NCBI RefSeq assembly: GCF_964204645.1 | Contig: NC_134025.1 | Span: forward strand, 7,502,001-7,566,000 | Source of the DNA: Tubulanus polymorphus | Taxonomy: Eukaryota > Animalia > Nemertea | DNA length: 64,000 nt | Reading direction: 5' to 3' | Part shown: positions 62,371 to 64,000 of the stretch, piece by piece | How the letters are laid out: every line of letters begins with the position of its first letter | Numbering within the stretch: position 1 is the first letter of the stretch | Program-made: the position numbers and the translations under genes | Notes under the pieces: model-generated | Databases searched by the model: none | What the model saw: only the letters and a program-made list of their open reading frames with translations | Told to the model about the DNA's origin: nothing

Positions 62371-62536
62371 CAGTAGAATCCACTTATAATTCGGATCATT
62401 TGGGACTAACAGAATTCATCCGGTTTACGAGAAATCCGGATTAGAAATAAATTTCTTGTATATTGATCGACAATTGGGTTGCAATTATTGTCTGGATATC
62501 CGCATTAAGCCGGCCCGGATTAAGCGGGTTTGTCTG
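62371..62536. mobile_element. Degenerate Tc1/mariner-pogo (Tigger-like) MITE
   Basis: ta-CAGTAGAATCCACTTA ... TAAGCGGGTTTGTCTG-ta, with internal tccgga(tt) motifs. Confidence 0.6.
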
Positions 62537-63024
62537 TATAGTAACATCTTGATGAGGAGGATAGGTAGCGTGGATTTCCAGCTAAATTGCAAAATTAACT
62601 TAAATTTAAATGACTCTCTTTTTCATTTGATCGCGTGACAGAAATTCGGCGAGTGAATTGGGAGTTTTAGGCAGGCGACTGGATCTCGGAGATCGTCGTA
62701 TTTTGTAGTTATTTCATTTTCGGCGTGTGAGAAAATAAGGCGACGATCAACACAAAAACCTAAGCAGCTTCAACAGTTAAGCTCTAACCCAACAATCTAG
62801 AGGAAGAAAAGCAACGTGAAAATAACTTTAAAATTTTATTTGGCACATCTAAATTCATCTACATATGAATTGGCAAACATTCTTTAAATCATACTTTCTT
62901 ACATATTCGAATTTTATATTTCGCGGGGCATTCAATTAGATACACATATAACATTCCAAAATATAATGTCATTAGCTAAGTTCATCACTCGTTTGTGCAA
63001 ATTCCATCTATATGGCTTAGATAT

Positions 63025-63433
63025 GCTGTCAAAATGAAAAATCAAATTTACCCGTCAAATTTTCATATTTTACTCGTCAAACTTTCAATTTTTTACCCGT
63101 CAAAACTAACCATCGATTTTACTCAATTCTTCATAAAATGCTCGTCAAAACTCGTATTTGACGAGTGTCGGATGTAGAAATGGCAAAACTAAATCGCTAT
63201 CGTAGATATTCTGTCAAAACAAACTATCGATTTGACGTGTCAAAATCGCTATCGTAGATATCCCGTCAAAATTAATACCTCCTATTGCCAGTAACCCGTC
63301 AAACACATCGTTTTACCAGTCATATTACGCACCAAACCACGTTTTTTGACGCATATTTTTACTGTTCCAATGTAAGTTCGACGAGTAAAATATGAAAAAA
63401 TTTGACGGGTAAATTTGTTATTTTATTTTGACA
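63025..63433. mobile_element. Foldback-type MITE with about 65-bp inverted arms and internal cgtcaaaa sub-repeats
   Basis: ctgtcaaaat..aaatttacccgtcaaatttt..actcgtc is mirrored by gacgagtaaaatatg..aaatttgacgggtaaattt..attttgacag. Confidence 0.65.
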
Positions 63434-63589
63434 GTACCGGTACATCTATGCCATAATCTCAAAACTAAATCGATGTGTACAGTAAAAGATTTTCAATTTC
63501 CCCTCACCTTATACGGCCCAACGCTATTAAATGTATTCATTATTACACAACGTTTTCTCACAATAACCATCAAGAAGTATTTCTTTTCA

Positions 63590-64000
63590 TTATCCAATAG
63601 GAAAACCAACAGGCTCGATTTCGTAGCCGTAATAGTCAATTATTCTCAAAGAACCGGCACAACAATACGCTATTTCATTCAACTGAGAGTCATTGATTCG
63701 GTCGCAATAATTCAAGTTGATATATCGAAGGTTAATCGCGTAACTGGTGGATCGATGTCGATTTTTATATTCCTGTAATGAAATAAAAATTTATTCAGAT
63801 AGATGATGATATCGAAATGTGATAATTTTTGAACATCTCGTTTCTTTTCTTGAGCTTTATTAAAATGTCTGTATTTCGTTGTGTCTGAAGTGAAATTCCT
63901 TACCTCATCACTAGGGCTATTATAGTGTTCATCACGTCCTAGAATCACTCTTTCGGCATTTTTCAGTTTGAGAGGTGCTTTAAATTTCAATTGAAAACGA
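63590..64000 (-). CDS. 3' end of a probable leucine-rich-repeat (FBXL-like) gene continuing beyond the window
   Basis: Last exon 63772-63590 (ttacag|, 61 codons) reads NLRYINLNYCDRINDSQLNEIAYCCAGSLRIIDYYG, a cysteine-containing LRR pattern. The upstream donor gag|gtaagg is at about 63903. Confidence 0.55.

Overview
AT-rich metazoan (invertebrate-type) genomic DNA with short spliceosomal introns. The left part (about 1-31 kb) is repeat and transposon territory. It is dominated by a 19-kb Ginger1-type DNA transposon (5750-24781; TGT...ACA ends, CCGG target-site duplication) nested inside a Harbinger-like MITE. By hand-splicing, the element encodes an apparently intact protein of about 34 exons and about 1100 aa: gypsy-like integrase, ten tandem 60-nt acidic exons, Ulp1/C48 protease, PHD finger and a C-terminal PARP-type-like Zn finger. 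It also carries two oppositely oriented arrays of a 171-bp satellite, and each monomer contains what looks like a right-end/left-end junction of the element's own termini. The right part (32-64 kb) is a compact block of housekeeping genes: AIDA, an F-box/WD40 gene, CGRRF1, TOPBP1, DPY30, XDH and the 3' end of a probable LRR gene. It includes U12-type and GC-AG introns, small MITEs and a Penelope-type hammerhead ribozyme. Exon boundaries were read by eye and no database searches were run.
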